This document shows positions 1 through 9,756 of a stretch of DNA of 64,000 nt, piece after piece. The position numbers were made by a program, and so were the translations under genes. The stretch lies in contig CAWJEN010000006.1 of the NCBI GenBank assembly GCA_963841915.1, positions 1,440,001 to 1,504,000 of the forward strand, given 5' to 3'. Source of the stretch: an uncultured Planctomycetota bacterium. GTDB taxonomy: Bacteria; Planctomycetota; Phycisphaerae; Tepidisphaerales; Tepidisphaeraceae. How positions within the stretch are numbered: the stretch's first letter is position 1; every line of letters begins with the position of its first letter. The notes under the pieces were generated by a model. The model was not told the origin of the DNA. It did no database searches and saw nothing but the letters and a program-made list of their open reading frames with translations.

Positions 1-605
1 CCTTCGTTGACGATGTCGAGGATCTCCTGTTCGATCTCCTGCTCGACGTGATGGGCATTTTCGCGGCTTCGCCCGGTCGCGCGGCGGACGAGCGTGTCGA
101 TCGGGCCGTGCAGCTTGACGACCGGCCAGAGTGCCGCCCGCTTGATCCGTAGCAGCTTGGCGAACGTACCGATGGCCGACTCGGCGGCGTGGCTGCTCGT
201 CGCCAGCGGTAGGACGACGCCGAAAACCGCCACCAGCATGAACGTCGTCAAAAACGTGACGGCGTAGATCAGGAACAAGCCGCTACCGCCCGGCAGCCAC
301 GTGGCTACAAGGTGCAGCGTCGACAGCGAAATGATGAGCGTCGTGCCGATCCGCGCAAGACCCGCCGCCAGGGCAAGCTCATCTTCATTGTCAGCCACAG
401 CGTCGGCCCGCGCCGCCGCCTCGTCGCCGACGGGCACGCGAGCGTTCAGGTCGGCTTTATCGCCCCGGCTCTTTCGTTGCTTCCGCTCGAACCACTCACC
501 GAGGCCCGCCTTGGAATAGTCACGCAGCGCGTACGACAACGTCGAAAACAGGAACGATCCGGCCAACGCAAGGATCAACAGCGAAAGTGCGATAACCGCG
601 CTCAT
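1..605 (-). CDS. HlyC/CorC (CNNM-domain) membrane protein, 5' part; runs off the window edge
   Basis: Manual translation from ATG 605: MSAVIALSLLILALAGSFLFSTLSYALRDYS, several TM segments, then ...VEQEIEQEILDIVNEG, typical of the CNNM-to-CBS linker; lies downstream of ybeY, a common synteny. Confidence 0.75.
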   Translation of the reverse strand, partial: MSAVIALSLLILALAGSFLFSTLSYALRDYSKAGLGEWFERKQRKSRGDKADLNARVPVGDEAAARADAVADNEDELALAAGLARIGTTLIISLSTLHLVATWLPGGSGLFLIYAVTFLTTFMLVAVFGVVLPLATSSHAAESAIGTFAKLLRIKRAALWPVVKLHGPIDTLVRRATGRSRENAHHVEQEIEQEILDIVNE

Positions 606-659
606 CGAAGAAGGGTCGGGTTGAAGTGAGGCATCAAGATCGGGACAGTAGAAGGGGCG

Positions 660-1136
660 TCAGCCGACCGCCGACCCTGAGGCGAAAGGCCGCCCGAAGC
701 CCGCCTGGTCGAGCAGATTGTCTTCCAGAGCGTGCATCTGCCGGTAAAGCGTGTCGGTCGTGTCGTCGTAGCCGCACAGGTGTAACAGCCCGTGCAGGGC
801 ATAGAGCAGTAACTCAGTGGCGACATCGTGCCCACGCTGGGCGGCCTGCCGGTGGGCGACGTCGAGGCAGATGATGACCTCGCCCTCGGTGACGCGGTCG
901 CCGTCACGATCAAGTTCGTACGTCAAGGCGTCGGTCGTCGTCGCCAGGCCGTGACTGCGACGATGCAGTTCGATCATCGCTGCGTCGTCGACCACCGCGA
1001 CCGACAGCTCCCGCGGCAGCACAAGTTGCTTGGACGCCACATCGGCCACGCGAGCCAGTTCATCCGCCAGCCGTTCGGCGACGGCGTCATCGGCCGCTTG
1101 CACATCGATATTCACGCCTTGGGCAGCTCGATCCAC
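660..1136 (-). CDS. ybeY: rRNA maturation endoribonuclease YbeY
   Basis: TTDALTY, GEVIIC and HGLLHLCGYDD motifs. Confidence 0.9.
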   Translation of the reverse strand: MDRAAQGVNIDVQAADDAVAERLADELARVADVASKQLVLPRELSVAVVDDAAMIELHRRSHGLATTTDALTYELDRDGDRVTEGEVIICLDVAHRQAAQRGHDVATELLLYALHGLLHLCGYDDTTDTLYRQMHALEDNLLDQAGFGRPFASGSAVG

Positions 1137-1540
1137 AAAAACCCGCCGTGATAGCTGGCGCTGATGGCAGCATGTTGCACGTCGTTGGGCAGCTCGATCT
1201 CGCGACGGAATGGACCGTGATCGAGCTCCATGCGGTGAACTTTGATGCGGCCGCCGTCCTGGTGACTAGTCACCGGAGAGCGTGGCACCGGCCGTTCACC
1301 CGTCAGCACGAGCCGCGGCGACTCACCGACGTCGGCCGGTGGCGTGACGCTGACGTTGATCGTCGCCTTGTCCACACCCGGCAGATCAACGCAAACGCGA
1401 TACGCCCGCTGCGCTTCGTAAAGGTTGACCGATGGAGCCCACGTCGCCTCACGGCCGGCAAAGCCGCAATACGTGCCCCCGCGAGTCTCCATATTGGTGA
1501 CAGGCCGGGCAAACTTCGAGAAGGGCGAATCGCTGGTCAC
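1112..1540 (-). CDS. Hsp20/alpha-crystallin family small heat shock protein
   Basis: WAPSVNLYE, VDLPGVDK, GPFRREIELP and ASYHGGFLWIELPK motifs. Confidence 0.9.
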   Translation of the reverse strand: MTSDSPFSKFARPVTNMETRGGTYCGFAGREATWAPSVNLYEAQRAYRVCVDLPGVDKATINVSVTPPADVGESPRLVLTGERPVPRSPVTSHQDGGRIKVHRMELDHGPFRREIELPNDVQHAAISASYHGGFLWIELPKA

Positions 1541-1890
1541 AGGTGTCGCAAGGGAAAGCGGTCAGATAGCAAGGCACAGAGGCCGAAGGGCCCGGGAGCC
1601 ACACTAACGGCAGCAGCGGCTACACGGCAAGGCCGCCCGTCGTGACGGCAACTGCAGCCGGTCGCCTGCGCTCTTGATACCGCCGCCGATGCACGCTGGT
1701 TCGGCCGAGCCTTAAAGAACTTGTGTGCGACGTCAGTCGCAGAAGGCTTGCTGCGAGGTATCGGACGGTGTCGAGGGCACCTGGTCATTGACACAAGCGA
1801 CTCGTGCCCGGACAATCCGCGGCCCCACCCCCACCAGCGGCCCGCGCCCGTGGCGCCGCATTGACCGCACAGCAAGCCAAGGAGCCGCGG

Positions 1891-3759
1891 ATGAGCCGCC
1901 CAGCAGCCCCCATCGATCGTCGTAACCGTCTCCGTGCGCTCCGCCTCGCCGTTGCCGCCTCCGTGGTCGTCGCAGGTCTTGGCGTCGTTGCCGGCTGTGA
2001 CGACGAACCCGAAGACGCCGTCGCTCTGCGATCGCTCCGCAGCGTCGTCGACCGCCAAAGTGCCGGCGAGCCGGACCGCGCGTATCTGACCGACCTCGAG
2101 ACGCTCCGTGGTAATCCGAATCTGAGCGACTCGACCGCTGCGTTGGTCGATCGCGTCTCCGGTGACGCACGATTGGCCGAGGCCAATGACATCTTAATCG
2201 GTTCTCCCGCCGTTGAGCAGGGCGAGCAAGGTGTGCCGGGGCTGCTCGATCTGCATCTGCGTTCGGTGCGACTGGCCGAGGGGCTCAACGCCCAGGCCCG
2301 CACCCTGGCGACCATGGCATCGACGCAAAAGCAGCTTGGCGTGTCCAGCGAAGCGGCCGGCCGGGGCGTGCAGGCAATGAGCGACAAGGCCGAGCAAATT
2401 CGCACGGGCGACCGGTGGTCGCCGGCCGCCGGTGAAACCGACGGCAACGGCCCGTACGCCGGTCTCGATGGCGAACTCTCCGACCTCGACCGCCAGGGCT
2501 TCCAAGCGTACCGAGACGCGCGGGCGTCAATCGCCGAACTGCAAATGCTTGCCGTCAAGGGCGTCGAGGCGGAGCTGGCGACCCTGCAGGGCAAAGCCGG
2601 AGAGATCCAACAGCAGATTGATGACCTTGAGAGCCAGCGGCGTGAGAAGCTTGCCACCGCCGGTGGTCGGGAGCGAACATCGATGACCGATCAGGGCGAC
2701 GACGCCGTCGCCTCTGCCCGGGAAGTAGCTGACCTCAACATTGAGGCTGGCCAGTTCCAGCAAGAGATCATCGTGCTGACGCGTCAGCTCAATGCCACGC
2801 AGCGTGACATCACGCTGCTGGAAGCACGCGTCACCTCACTGCAGGCGGCGGCGACGATGCTCGAGGAACAGGCCGAATCCATCCGCCAGTCCTTCGACGG
2901 CGCCGACGGTCTGGCGACGGTAAGTCGCCAGGTGACGAGCGAGGCGCAGGTCGTGCTTGCCGGTCGCGGCGAGGCCGAGGCAGGTATGTCGGCGATGGCC
3001 CAGGAGCTGGCCGAGGTGCGTCAGGAAGCCGACGACGTGCGTGGCCAGGTGCTCGATGCTCTTGCTGCCGCCGAGAGTGCGTATGCGTCGGCGGCCGACC
3101 GTGCCGGAAAGTCGCGCGGCCGTGCCACGACGCCCGCCGCTCAGCTCGCCGCCGACAGCCTCACCGCAGCCAGCGCATCGGCGAAGCTGGCGCTGGCCGA
3201 CATTCGGCGGCAGGTCGGTGAACTCAAGATCGCCCAGGCGACGGTCGAACTGAGCCTGCTGCGCCTGTCGACGATGCTCGAGGCCGCCCCATCAGGTCTT
3301 GACGTCAGCGACGTGCAGGCCGTCACAGAAGACGCCGCCGACACGCTCGAGCGGGTGCTGTCCGAAGCCGCCACCGCCTTGCAGGAAGCTGGCGACGCCG
3401 CGGCGAGCGTCAGCAGCAGCGACGCCGATCTTCGGCGTGCGGCGACGGTCCAGCAAGCACTGGCCCTAGGTCACATGCTCGACATCGCAAACCTCGTCGA
3501 GGCGGCCCGTTCGATGAACGCGGGCACCGGCATCACCGTGTCACTGCCGGACACGAGCGAGCTGCAGAGCCGGCTAGCCACCTTGGCCAGCGACGCCGAG
3601 TCGTCGGGCATGTCGCTGCCGATCATCCGTGGGCTCAACGAGATCGCCGGCGACGCCGAGACCGAAGCCGCCGGCACGGAGCCGGCTGACGAAGGTCCGG
3701 CCGGTGAAGACGTCGACGCCGTCGGCCCAGAAGGCATGGGCGACGACGCGCCCGAGTGA
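1891..3759 (+). CDS. Hypothetical coiled-coil lipoprotein
   Basis: Signal peptide with lipobox-like VVAG-C, long Ala/Glu/Gln-rich helical region, acidic tail; start uncertain (1804 or 1891). Confidence 0.65.
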   Translation: MSRPAAPIDRRNRLRALRLAVAASVVVAGLGVVAGCDDEPEDAVALRSLRSVVDRQSAGEPDRAYLTDLETLRGNPNLSDSTAALVDRVSGDARLAEANDILIGSPAVEQGEQGVPGLLDLHLRSVRLAEGLNAQARTLATMASTQKQLGVSSEAAGRGVQAMSDKAEQIRTGDRWSPAAGETDGNGPYAGLDGELSDLDRQGFQAYRDARASIAELQMLAVKGVEAELATLQGKAGEIQQQIDDLESQRREKLATAGGRERTSMTDQGDDAVASAREVADLNIEAGQFQQEIIVLTRQLNATQRDITLLEARVTSLQAAATMLEEQAESIRQSFDGADGLATVSRQVTSEAQVVLAGRGEAEAGMSAMAQELAEVRQEADDVRGQVLDALAAAESAYASAADRAGKSRGRATTPAAQLAADSLTAASASAKLALADIRRQVGELKIAQATVELSLLRLSTMLEAAPSGLDVSDVQAVTEDAADTLERVLSEAATALQEAGDAAASVSSSDADLRRAATVQQALALGHMLDIANLVEAARSMNAGTGITVSLPDTSELQSRLATLASDAESSGMSLPIIRGLNEIAGDAETEAAGTEPADEGPAGEDVDAVGPEGMGDDAPE

Positions 3760-3775
3760 CGTCGTACGGTCGCTT

Positions 3776-4810
3776 GTGTCACCCACGCTGCCAGCAACTC
3801 CGACCGATTCGGCCGCCACCCGCGGGCGATTCGTCGGCGTCGTGACGTCGAACGAGCCGATGTGCCTCGAGCACAACCGACTCACGATTCGCGTCGACGG
3901 CCTGCCGCCGAGCAACCCGGGGCAGTTTCTGCAAGTGAAGTGTCGCGACGTCGACGACGCCCCGATCGGCAGCGTCGAGGAGATCGTCCGCGAGTGGCCA
4001 CCGACGTCGCCGCTCCAGACGCTTCAGCAGGACATCGTCTGCCCGACGCCGATCCTTCGGCGGCCGTTCAGCATTGCTGGTCGCACCGACGACGAGGTGC
4101 AGCTCGTCAATCGCGACGTCGGCGCGGGAACCGCCTGGCTGGCGAAGCTGCGGGCCGGTGACGCGGTCGATGTCATCGGCCCGCTAGGCGTCGGCTTCGA
4201 ACTGCCACGGCCCGGTGGCATTGCGTTGCTCGTCGGTGGTGGTGTCGGGATTCCACCGATGATGTATCTCGCCCAGGAGTTGGCGGCATTGAACGAGTCG
4301 GCCTCCGACGAAGAGCGCCGCAAGGCTGTCGCCTTTGCCGGTGCGACGACACGCGATCTGCTCAGCCTGACCATCACCGATGACGCGCCCGAACCACCTG
4401 CCGGCCGCATGACGCAAAGCATGGCCGGGCTGTACAACATCGCCGAATTCGGTCATCGCGGGTTCGCCACGATCGTCAGCACCGACGACGGTTCCTACGG
4501 CTGGCACGGCCGCGTGACCGAGCCTTTGGCGTTGTACCTCGATGCCTGGTTTGATGATTCATGGGAAGTCGGCAGCGTTCGCCCGACGATCTACACGTGC
4601 GGGCCCGAGCCGATGATGAAGGCCGTCGCCGCGGTGGCCGCCGAGCGTGGGTTAGCTTGCCAGGTGGCCGTCGAGCGGGCGATGGCGTGCGGCATGGGGA
4701 CGTGCCAATCCTGCGTCATCCGCCAGAAGGATGAAAGCGACCGCGGCTGGAGCTACCGCCTGGCGTGCACGCACGGCCCGGTCTTCGATTCGGCGTCGCT
4801 GTTGTGGTAG
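3776..4810 (+). CDS. pyrK: Dihydroorotate dehydrogenase electron-transfer subunit (FNR-like, 2Fe-2S)
   Basis: PGQF, LRRPFSI, GPLGVGF, GGGVGIPP, CGPEPMM and ERAMACGMGTCQSC motifs; GTG start inferred. Confidence 0.85.
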   Translation: MSPTLPATPTDSAATRGRFVGVVTSNEPMCLEHNRLTIRVDGLPPSNPGQFLQVKCRDVDDAPIGSVEEIVREWPPTSPLQTLQQDIVCPTPILRRPFSIAGRTDDEVQLVNRDVGAGTAWLAKLRAGDAVDVIGPLGVGFELPRPGGIALLVGGGVGIPPMMYLAQELAALNESASDEERRKAVAFAGATTRDLLSLTITDDAPEPPAGRMTQSMAGLYNIAEFGHRGFATIVSTDDGSYGWHGRVTEPLALYLDAWFDDSWEVGSVRPTIYTCGPEPMMKAVAAVAAERGLACQVAVERAMACGMGTCQSCVIRQKDESDRGWSYRLACTHGPVFDSASLLW

Positions 4811-4835
4811 CAGGGCGTCGTCCGATAAAGACAGC

Positions 4836-5594
4836 GTGCGTCGCCTTGCGTTGTTGCTCAGCCTCTTGCTCGTGTCCCCGGCCTCGGCTGATGCGATTGA
4901 GGCATTGCGGTCAGGTAACGAGCGGCTGGTCGCCTCGACAACGCTCGCAGCGCCGGGTGACCTGCTTGCCGTCGTCGTGACAACGGGCGATCTGGACTTG
5001 GACTGGTTATTCGACGTCGGGCCGGGTCGGTTGATCCGCGTCGACGCAGACGCACCGGATCGGCTGGCCGTATTGGAAGCGGTGCTGGCAGAGGCCCATC
5101 CGCCAGCGCTGGTCGTGCTGGGTCGCGAGCAGGCAGACGCCGATGCGACGGCAACCGAGATCTCTCGTTCGCTCGGTGCGTTCAGCCGTCTCGACTCCGC
5201 TGTCGCAACCCTTGAGCCGGGGACGATTCGCGTGCGTTGGGGGACGACGCAACATGTTGTAGCTCGGGCCAAACCTGCGGAGGTCGTGCTTGAGACCGCT
5301 CTCACCGAGGCGCAGCCGCCGACGCTGGCAGTGGTGGCAACGCTTCCCGTGCCGACGGAACCTGCGTCGTGGCCCTGGACGCTGAGTGTGTTTGGATTCG
5401 TCGTACTGATCGGTGGCGGGGCGTTTCTGGCGACGCGGCGACCCGGCGACAGCACGGACACGCCGCTCATGCCGACGGCCGACGATCAGCGGCTGCAGGT
5501 TGCTGTCGAGGCGCTGTCGGTGAAGTTGCAGGCATGGCAGTCGAGTTTCGGCGGCTCAACCCCGCGGGCCACCGGGCCGATACGTCGCAAGTGA
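4836..5594 (+). CDS. Hypothetical exported/membrane-anchored protein
   Basis: Signal peptide (VRRLALLLSLLLVSPASA) and C-terminal TM helix; overlaps the cheR start. Confidence 0.55.
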   Translation: MRRLALLLSLLLVSPASADAIEALRSGNERLVASTTLAAPGDLLAVVVTTGDLDLDWLFDVGPGRLIRVDADAPDRLAVLEAVLAEAHPPALVVLGREQADADATATEISRSLGAFSRLDSAVATLEPGTIRVRWGTTQHVVARAKPAEVVLETALTEAQPPTLAVVATLPVPTEPASWPWTLSVFGFVVLIGGGAFLATRRPGDSTDTPLMPTADDQRLQVAVEALSVKLQAWQSSFGGSTPRATGPIRRK

Positions 5595-6466
5595 ATGCTG
5601 CCGTCTCTCCCGCTCGTGGTCCGGCCTTGTCCGACCGCGACTTCAACCGCGTCGCTGAACTCATCAAGCGTCACGCCGGCATCAACCTGTCCAGCGATAA
5701 GCGGGATCTCGTTCGCTCTCGTCTGACCAAGCGCTTGCGTGCGGTGGGTGCCGACGATTTCTCGATCTACCTCGACACCTACATCCTGCCCAAAAGCGGC
5801 ACCGCCCACGCGGCAGAGTTCACGGCGTTCGTCGACGCACTCAGCACCAATCTGACGAGCTTTTTCCGCGAGCCGGCGCATTACGAGTACCTGCGGGACA
5901 AGGTCCTACCGGGCCTGATCGCAAAGGGTCGTGGGCGAATCAGGGCCTGGTGTGCCGCGGCGAGTACGGGTGAAGAGCCGTACTGCTTGGCCATGACGTG
6001 CCTCGAATCGATGCGCAAAGCCGGCATCAGTCGGCCCGATGTCAAGATCCTCTCGACCGACATCTGCACGAAGGTGCTCGGCGAAGCCAAGGCAGGCGTC
6101 TACAGCAACAAGCGTTCTGCGCAACTGCCGACCGACTTGCGCGGTCGGTACTTCGAGCCGCGCCGGATGACCGACGGCTCCGAAGCCATCGCGGCAGGGC
6201 GGATGATCAAGGACGCTTGCGTCTTTCGGCAGCTGAACCTCATGGAGCCGCCACCGTTTTCGGGGCCGCTGGACTTCATCTTTTGCCGCAACGTCATGAT
6301 CTATTTCGATCGGCCGACGCGTGACGCTCTGGTCGGGCGTCTTCTGAAGACGTTGGCACCAGGCGGTCACTTGTTCACAGGCCACAGCGAATCGCTGGCC
6401 AATACCTGCCACGTCGGACCGGCGCTCCGGCAGGTGATGGCGGCGGTGTACCAGAAAACGACGTAA
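5591..6466 (+). CDS. cheR: Chemotaxis protein-glutamate methyltransferase
   Basis: TNLTSFFRE, WCAAASTGEEPY, DFIFCRNVMIYF and GHSESL motifs. Confidence 0.95.
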   Translation: MNAAVSPARGPALSDRDFNRVAELIKRHAGINLSSDKRDLVRSRLTKRLRAVGADDFSIYLDTYILPKSGTAHAAEFTAFVDALSTNLTSFFREPAHYEYLRDKVLPGLIAKGRGRIRAWCAAASTGEEPYCLAMTCLESMRKAGISRPDVKILSTDICTKVLGEAKAGVYSNKRSAQLPTDLRGRYFEPRRMTDGSEAIAAGRMIKDACVFRQLNLMEPPPFSGPLDFIFCRNVMIYFDRPTRDALVGRLLKTLAPGGHLFTGHSESLANTCHVGPALRQVMAAVYQKTT

Positions 6467-6609
6467 CCGATAGACGTCGCTGAGCAAACCCCGTCGCCGG
6501 CCAAAGTGCCCGTGCGACGGGCCCGATGTACTGATTGTTCCACGAGTTCGCAGGCACCATTCACTTGACGCAATTTGCCCACTCACATCATGCCTCGTCT
6601 TCGCCGGCT

Positions 6610-7119
6610 ATGGCGGCTGCGCCGAAACCGGTGGGCGCGGTCAGCGGTCAGCTGGTCGTCGGCATCTCCGACATGAAGGCGACGACGGACGTCAAGTCGA
6701 TGCTCGTCACGCACTCGCTGGGTTCCTGCGTCGCTATCGCAGCGTGGTGTCCCAAGACCAGAGCGTCGGGTCTGCTCCACTTCCAGCTGCCCGAAGCCCG
6801 CATGGATGCGGCTCGGGCGGCGGCACACCCGCTCATGTTCTGTGACACCGGCCTGACTCGCCTGCTGGCGGAAATGGCGATGCTCGGAGCTGACATCCGT
6901 GGACTGAAGGTCAAGCTTGCCGGCGGGGCCAAGATGCTTCAGCACGGCACGCTCGACATCGGCAACCGCAACCACCAAGCCGCCCGCAAGCAGCTGTGGA
7001 AGCACGGCCTGTTCGTCGCTGCAGAGGACTGCGGCGGCTCGACAGCCCGCACGCTTTACCTCCGCGGTGCCGACGGTGCCGTCCGCCTCCGCATTGCCGG
7101 CAAGGTCACCGAGCTCTAG
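6610..7119 (+). CDS. cheD: Chemoreceptor glutamine deamidase
   Basis: SLGSCV, GLLHFQLP, KLAGGA, DIGNRN and EDCGG motifs. Confidence 0.92.
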   Translation: MAAAPKPVGAVSGQLVVGISDMKATTDVKSMLVTHSLGSCVAIAAWCPKTRASGLLHFQLPEARMDAARAAAHPLMFCDTGLTRLLAEMAMLGADIRGLKVKLAGGAKMLQHGTLDIGNRNHQAARKQLWKHGLFVAAEDCGGSTARTLYLRGADGAVRLRIAGKVTEL

Positions 7120-7230
7120 CCCACGTCCGACAATCCGCCACGATCTTCCTGTAGCAGGCCGTCACCCGAAGCAATGCAACGGACGCGACTTGATGCACTG
7201 CCAGCGCCTGCCCCCGTTTACACGCTCCCG

Positions 7231-7683
7231 ATGATGCAAATCCCTTCAACAAGCAACGGCACGGATGGCGATGCGGCTCGATGCCGCGTGCTCATCGTCG
7301 ATGACTCTGCAGTCACCCGCGCCATGGTCCGCCGAAGCGTCATGCTCAGCGGTGTCGACGCCGACATTGAAGAGGCGGCCGACGGAATGGAAGCCTTGGC
7401 CGAGCTGCGTGCCGCACAAGAGGCCGGCCGCTCGTATGACGTTTGCTTTCTCGACCTCAACATGCCCCGTATGGGTGGCGTCGAGGTTGCCACCGAGGCC
7501 TGCGGGCAGGGCGGCGTGTCGACCCGCGTCGTCATCGTCTCCAGCGAATCGATGTCGGCCCGCATCAAGCAACTCCAGGAGGCCGGTGTCAGCGGCTACA
7601 TCAAGAAACCGTTCAAGCCCGAGGAAATTCGTGGTGTTCTGGCCCGCGTGCTCGAACCTAAGTCGGCGATCCGCGCCGCTTGA
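7231..7683 (+). CDS. Single-domain response regulator (CheY-like)
   Basis: LIVDDS, FLDLNMP (phospho-acceptor Asp) and KKPF motifs. Confidence 0.9.
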   Translation: MMQIPSTSNGTDGDAARCRVLIVDDSAVTRAMVRRSVMLSGVDADIEEAADGMEALAELRAAQEAGRSYDVCFLDLNMPRMGGVEVATEACGQGGVSTRVVIVSSESMSARIKQLQEAGVSGYIKKPFKPEEIRGVLARVLEPKSAIRAA

Positions 7684-7733
7684 ACCTTTGCCGCTTTCCC
7701 CGTCACTGCCGCTTCAACTGCAAGTCCAACGCC

Positions 7734-8300
7734 ATGTCCTTTGATCCCTTTGCCGAAGACGTCGAGGCCGTCGCCACTGACGATCCCTTTGCGGCCGACC
7801 CCTTCGCGGTCGAACCGACGGCCGCCGCACCCGACGACGTCGCCGAGCCGTTGACGCCGCTGCAGATCGCCGTCCATGCCGTTCGTGACGCGATGGAGAA
7901 GAGTTCGTTCGTCACGGCCAACGAATCGTCGGAGGCAACGATGCCGTTGCAACTCAAGCGTGTGACGCTCACCTTCGGTGGACCGGCTGCCGGAACGCTG
8001 GCCATTGTCGTCGATGCGACTCTGGGGAACCTGCTCGTTGCCAACGTGCTCGGCATCGATGAGGACGACGAGATGGCGACCAGTGCGTGCGACGACTCGC
8101 TCCGCGAGCTCGTCAACGTCGCTGCCGGGGCGATGATGCCGCGACTGGTCGGCGACGTCGAGACGGCCTGCCCGCTGGGTCTGCCTGAAGTGTCGCCGGC
8201 GACAGCGTCGGATTGGCAGATCGCCTTGAACGACGGCCGCCATCAGTCACTCGACGCAGAAGGTCGACCGCTGCTCGTCGGCCTGCTCAAGGCGGCTTGA
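7734..8300 (+). CDS. CheX/CheC-family phosphatase
   Basis: DSLRELVNVAAG (ExxN motif), LGLPEV; located in the che cluster. Confidence 0.7.
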   Translation: MSFDPFAEDVEAVATDDPFAADPFAVEPTAAAPDDVAEPLTPLQIAVHAVRDAMEKSSFVTANESSEATMPLQLKRVTLTFGGPAAGTLAIVVDATLGNLLVANVLGIDEDDEMATSACDDSLRELVNVAAGAMMPRLVGDVETACPLGLPEVSPATASDWQIALNDGRHQSLDAEGRPLLVGLLKAA

Positions 8301-8389
8301 AGCTGCGGTAGGGGCCACACCCGATCGCGTTGTGCCGAGAGGCCGAGCAGCGGCCGGTCCTGTTAAAGAACCACTTCAACCAGCTCAAG

Positions 8390-9463
8390 ATGTCCCCAGC
8401 AGCCAAGCATGCCGGCCCGATTCGCGTTCTCGTCGTCGACGATTCGGCCATCGTTCGTCGCGTTCTGACCCGCGAATTGTCAGCTGTTCCGGGAATTCAG
8501 GTCGTCGGCACGGCGCCCGACCCGTACGTCGCACGCGACCTGGTGTTGAAGCTCAAGCCCGACGTCATCACGCTCGATGTCGAAATGCCGCGGATGGACG
8601 GTCTGACGTTCTTGCGTCTGCTGATGCGGAGCAGGCCCACGCCGACGATCGTGGTCAGTTCACTGACGCCAAAGGGCAGTCGGTCGGCCATCGAAGCGCT
8701 GGAGTGTGGTGCGGTCGACGTGCTGTGCAAGCCAGACGGATCGATCAGCGTTGGGGATATGGCGACTGAACTCATCGACAAGGTGCGGATGGCCGCCCGG
8801 GCCCGGGTGTCGGCCAGAGCCATCGCGCCGCCCAAGGCCGCGTCCGCCGCGCCGCGAACGTCACTGGCCGAGACGACCGACCGCATCCTGGCCATCGGCG
8901 CCAGCACGGGCGGCGTGCAGGCATTGACCAACGTGCTGCCGCGACTGCCGGCCTCGGCGCCGGGCTGCGTGATCGTCCAGCACATGCCTGCCTCGTTTAC
9001 CGGCAGTTTTGCAAGAAGGCTCGACGACATGTGCCAGGTCACCGTTGTCGAAGCCAGGCACGGCGACACCGTTTTGCCGGGCCATGTTCTTCTGGCACCG
9101 GGTGACCAACACATGAAGCTCGCTCGCAGCGGTGCGCGGTACTACGTCGAGCTTGTCGGCGGTCCGCCCGTCCACCACCAGCGGCCGGCCGTCGATATCT
9201 TGTTCGACAGCGTCGCCAAGGTCGCAGGCCGCAACGCCGTCGGTGCCGTGCTGACCGGCATGGGCGCCGACGGTGCGGCCGGCTTGCTCGCGATGCGTCG
9301 CGCCGGCGCCCGAACGCTGGCCGAAGACGAATCGACGTGCGTCGTCTACGGCATGCCTCAGGAAGCCTTCAAGCAGGGCGGCGTTGAAGAAGTGGTCAAG
9401 CTCGATGACGTGGCAGACGCCATGCTTCGTTTGAGCAGCGCTCGTTCCCGTCTGGCCGCTTGA
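8390..9463 (+). CDS. cheB: Chemotaxis response regulator protein-glutamate methylesterase
   Basis: REC domain plus GASTGG, IVQHMP and LTGMGADGA motifs. Confidence 0.95.
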   Translation: MSPAAKHAGPIRVLVVDDSAIVRRVLTRELSAVPGIQVVGTAPDPYVARDLVLKLKPDVITLDVEMPRMDGLTFLRLLMRSRPTPTIVVSSLTPKGSRSAIEALECGAVDVLCKPDGSISVGDMATELIDKVRMAARARVSARAIAPPKAASAAPRTSLAETTDRILAIGASTGGVQALTNVLPRLPASAPGCVIVQHMPASFTGSFARRLDDMCQVTVVEARHGDTVLPGHVLLAPGDQHMKLARSGARYYVELVGGPPVHHQRPAVDILFDSVAKVAGRNAVGAVLTGMGADGAAGLLAMRRAGARTLAEDESTCVVYGMPQEAFKQGGVEEVVKLDDVADAMLRLSSARSRLAA

Positions 9464-9516
9464 CGCGCTGCGCGGCGGCGGCCGATCGGCGATTGGCGGC
9501 GAAGGATTTGCTCGAT

Positions 9517-9532
9517 TGTTCCACGTGGAACA
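9517..9532. promoter_or_regulatory. parS centromere-like site
   Basis: Perfect 16-bp palindrome TGTTCCACGTGGAACA matching the bacterial parS consensus; intergenic. Confidence 0.9.
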
Positions 9533-9589
9533 TCGGCCGACCCTCGCCAGAGGTCGCCACGCACGATTTTGCCGCCGTTGCGGAGCCAA

Positions 9590-9605
9590 TGTTCCACGTA
9601 GAACA
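9590..9605. promoter_or_regulatory. parS site (one mismatch)
   Basis: TGTTCCACGTAGAACA, 73 bp from the first site. Confidence 0.8.
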
Positions 9606-9756
9606 GGTAAGCCCGCTTAAAAGTACGTCGGCGGGTCGTTCCTGCAGCATCACGATCCGACCGCACCAAGCACGCTGCTGCGTCCGCCGTCGCGTCTTTT
9701 GCAACAGGGTCCGTCCGCCGTACGACGCCAAACCTGTTGCGCCGCCGCGGCCGCCT

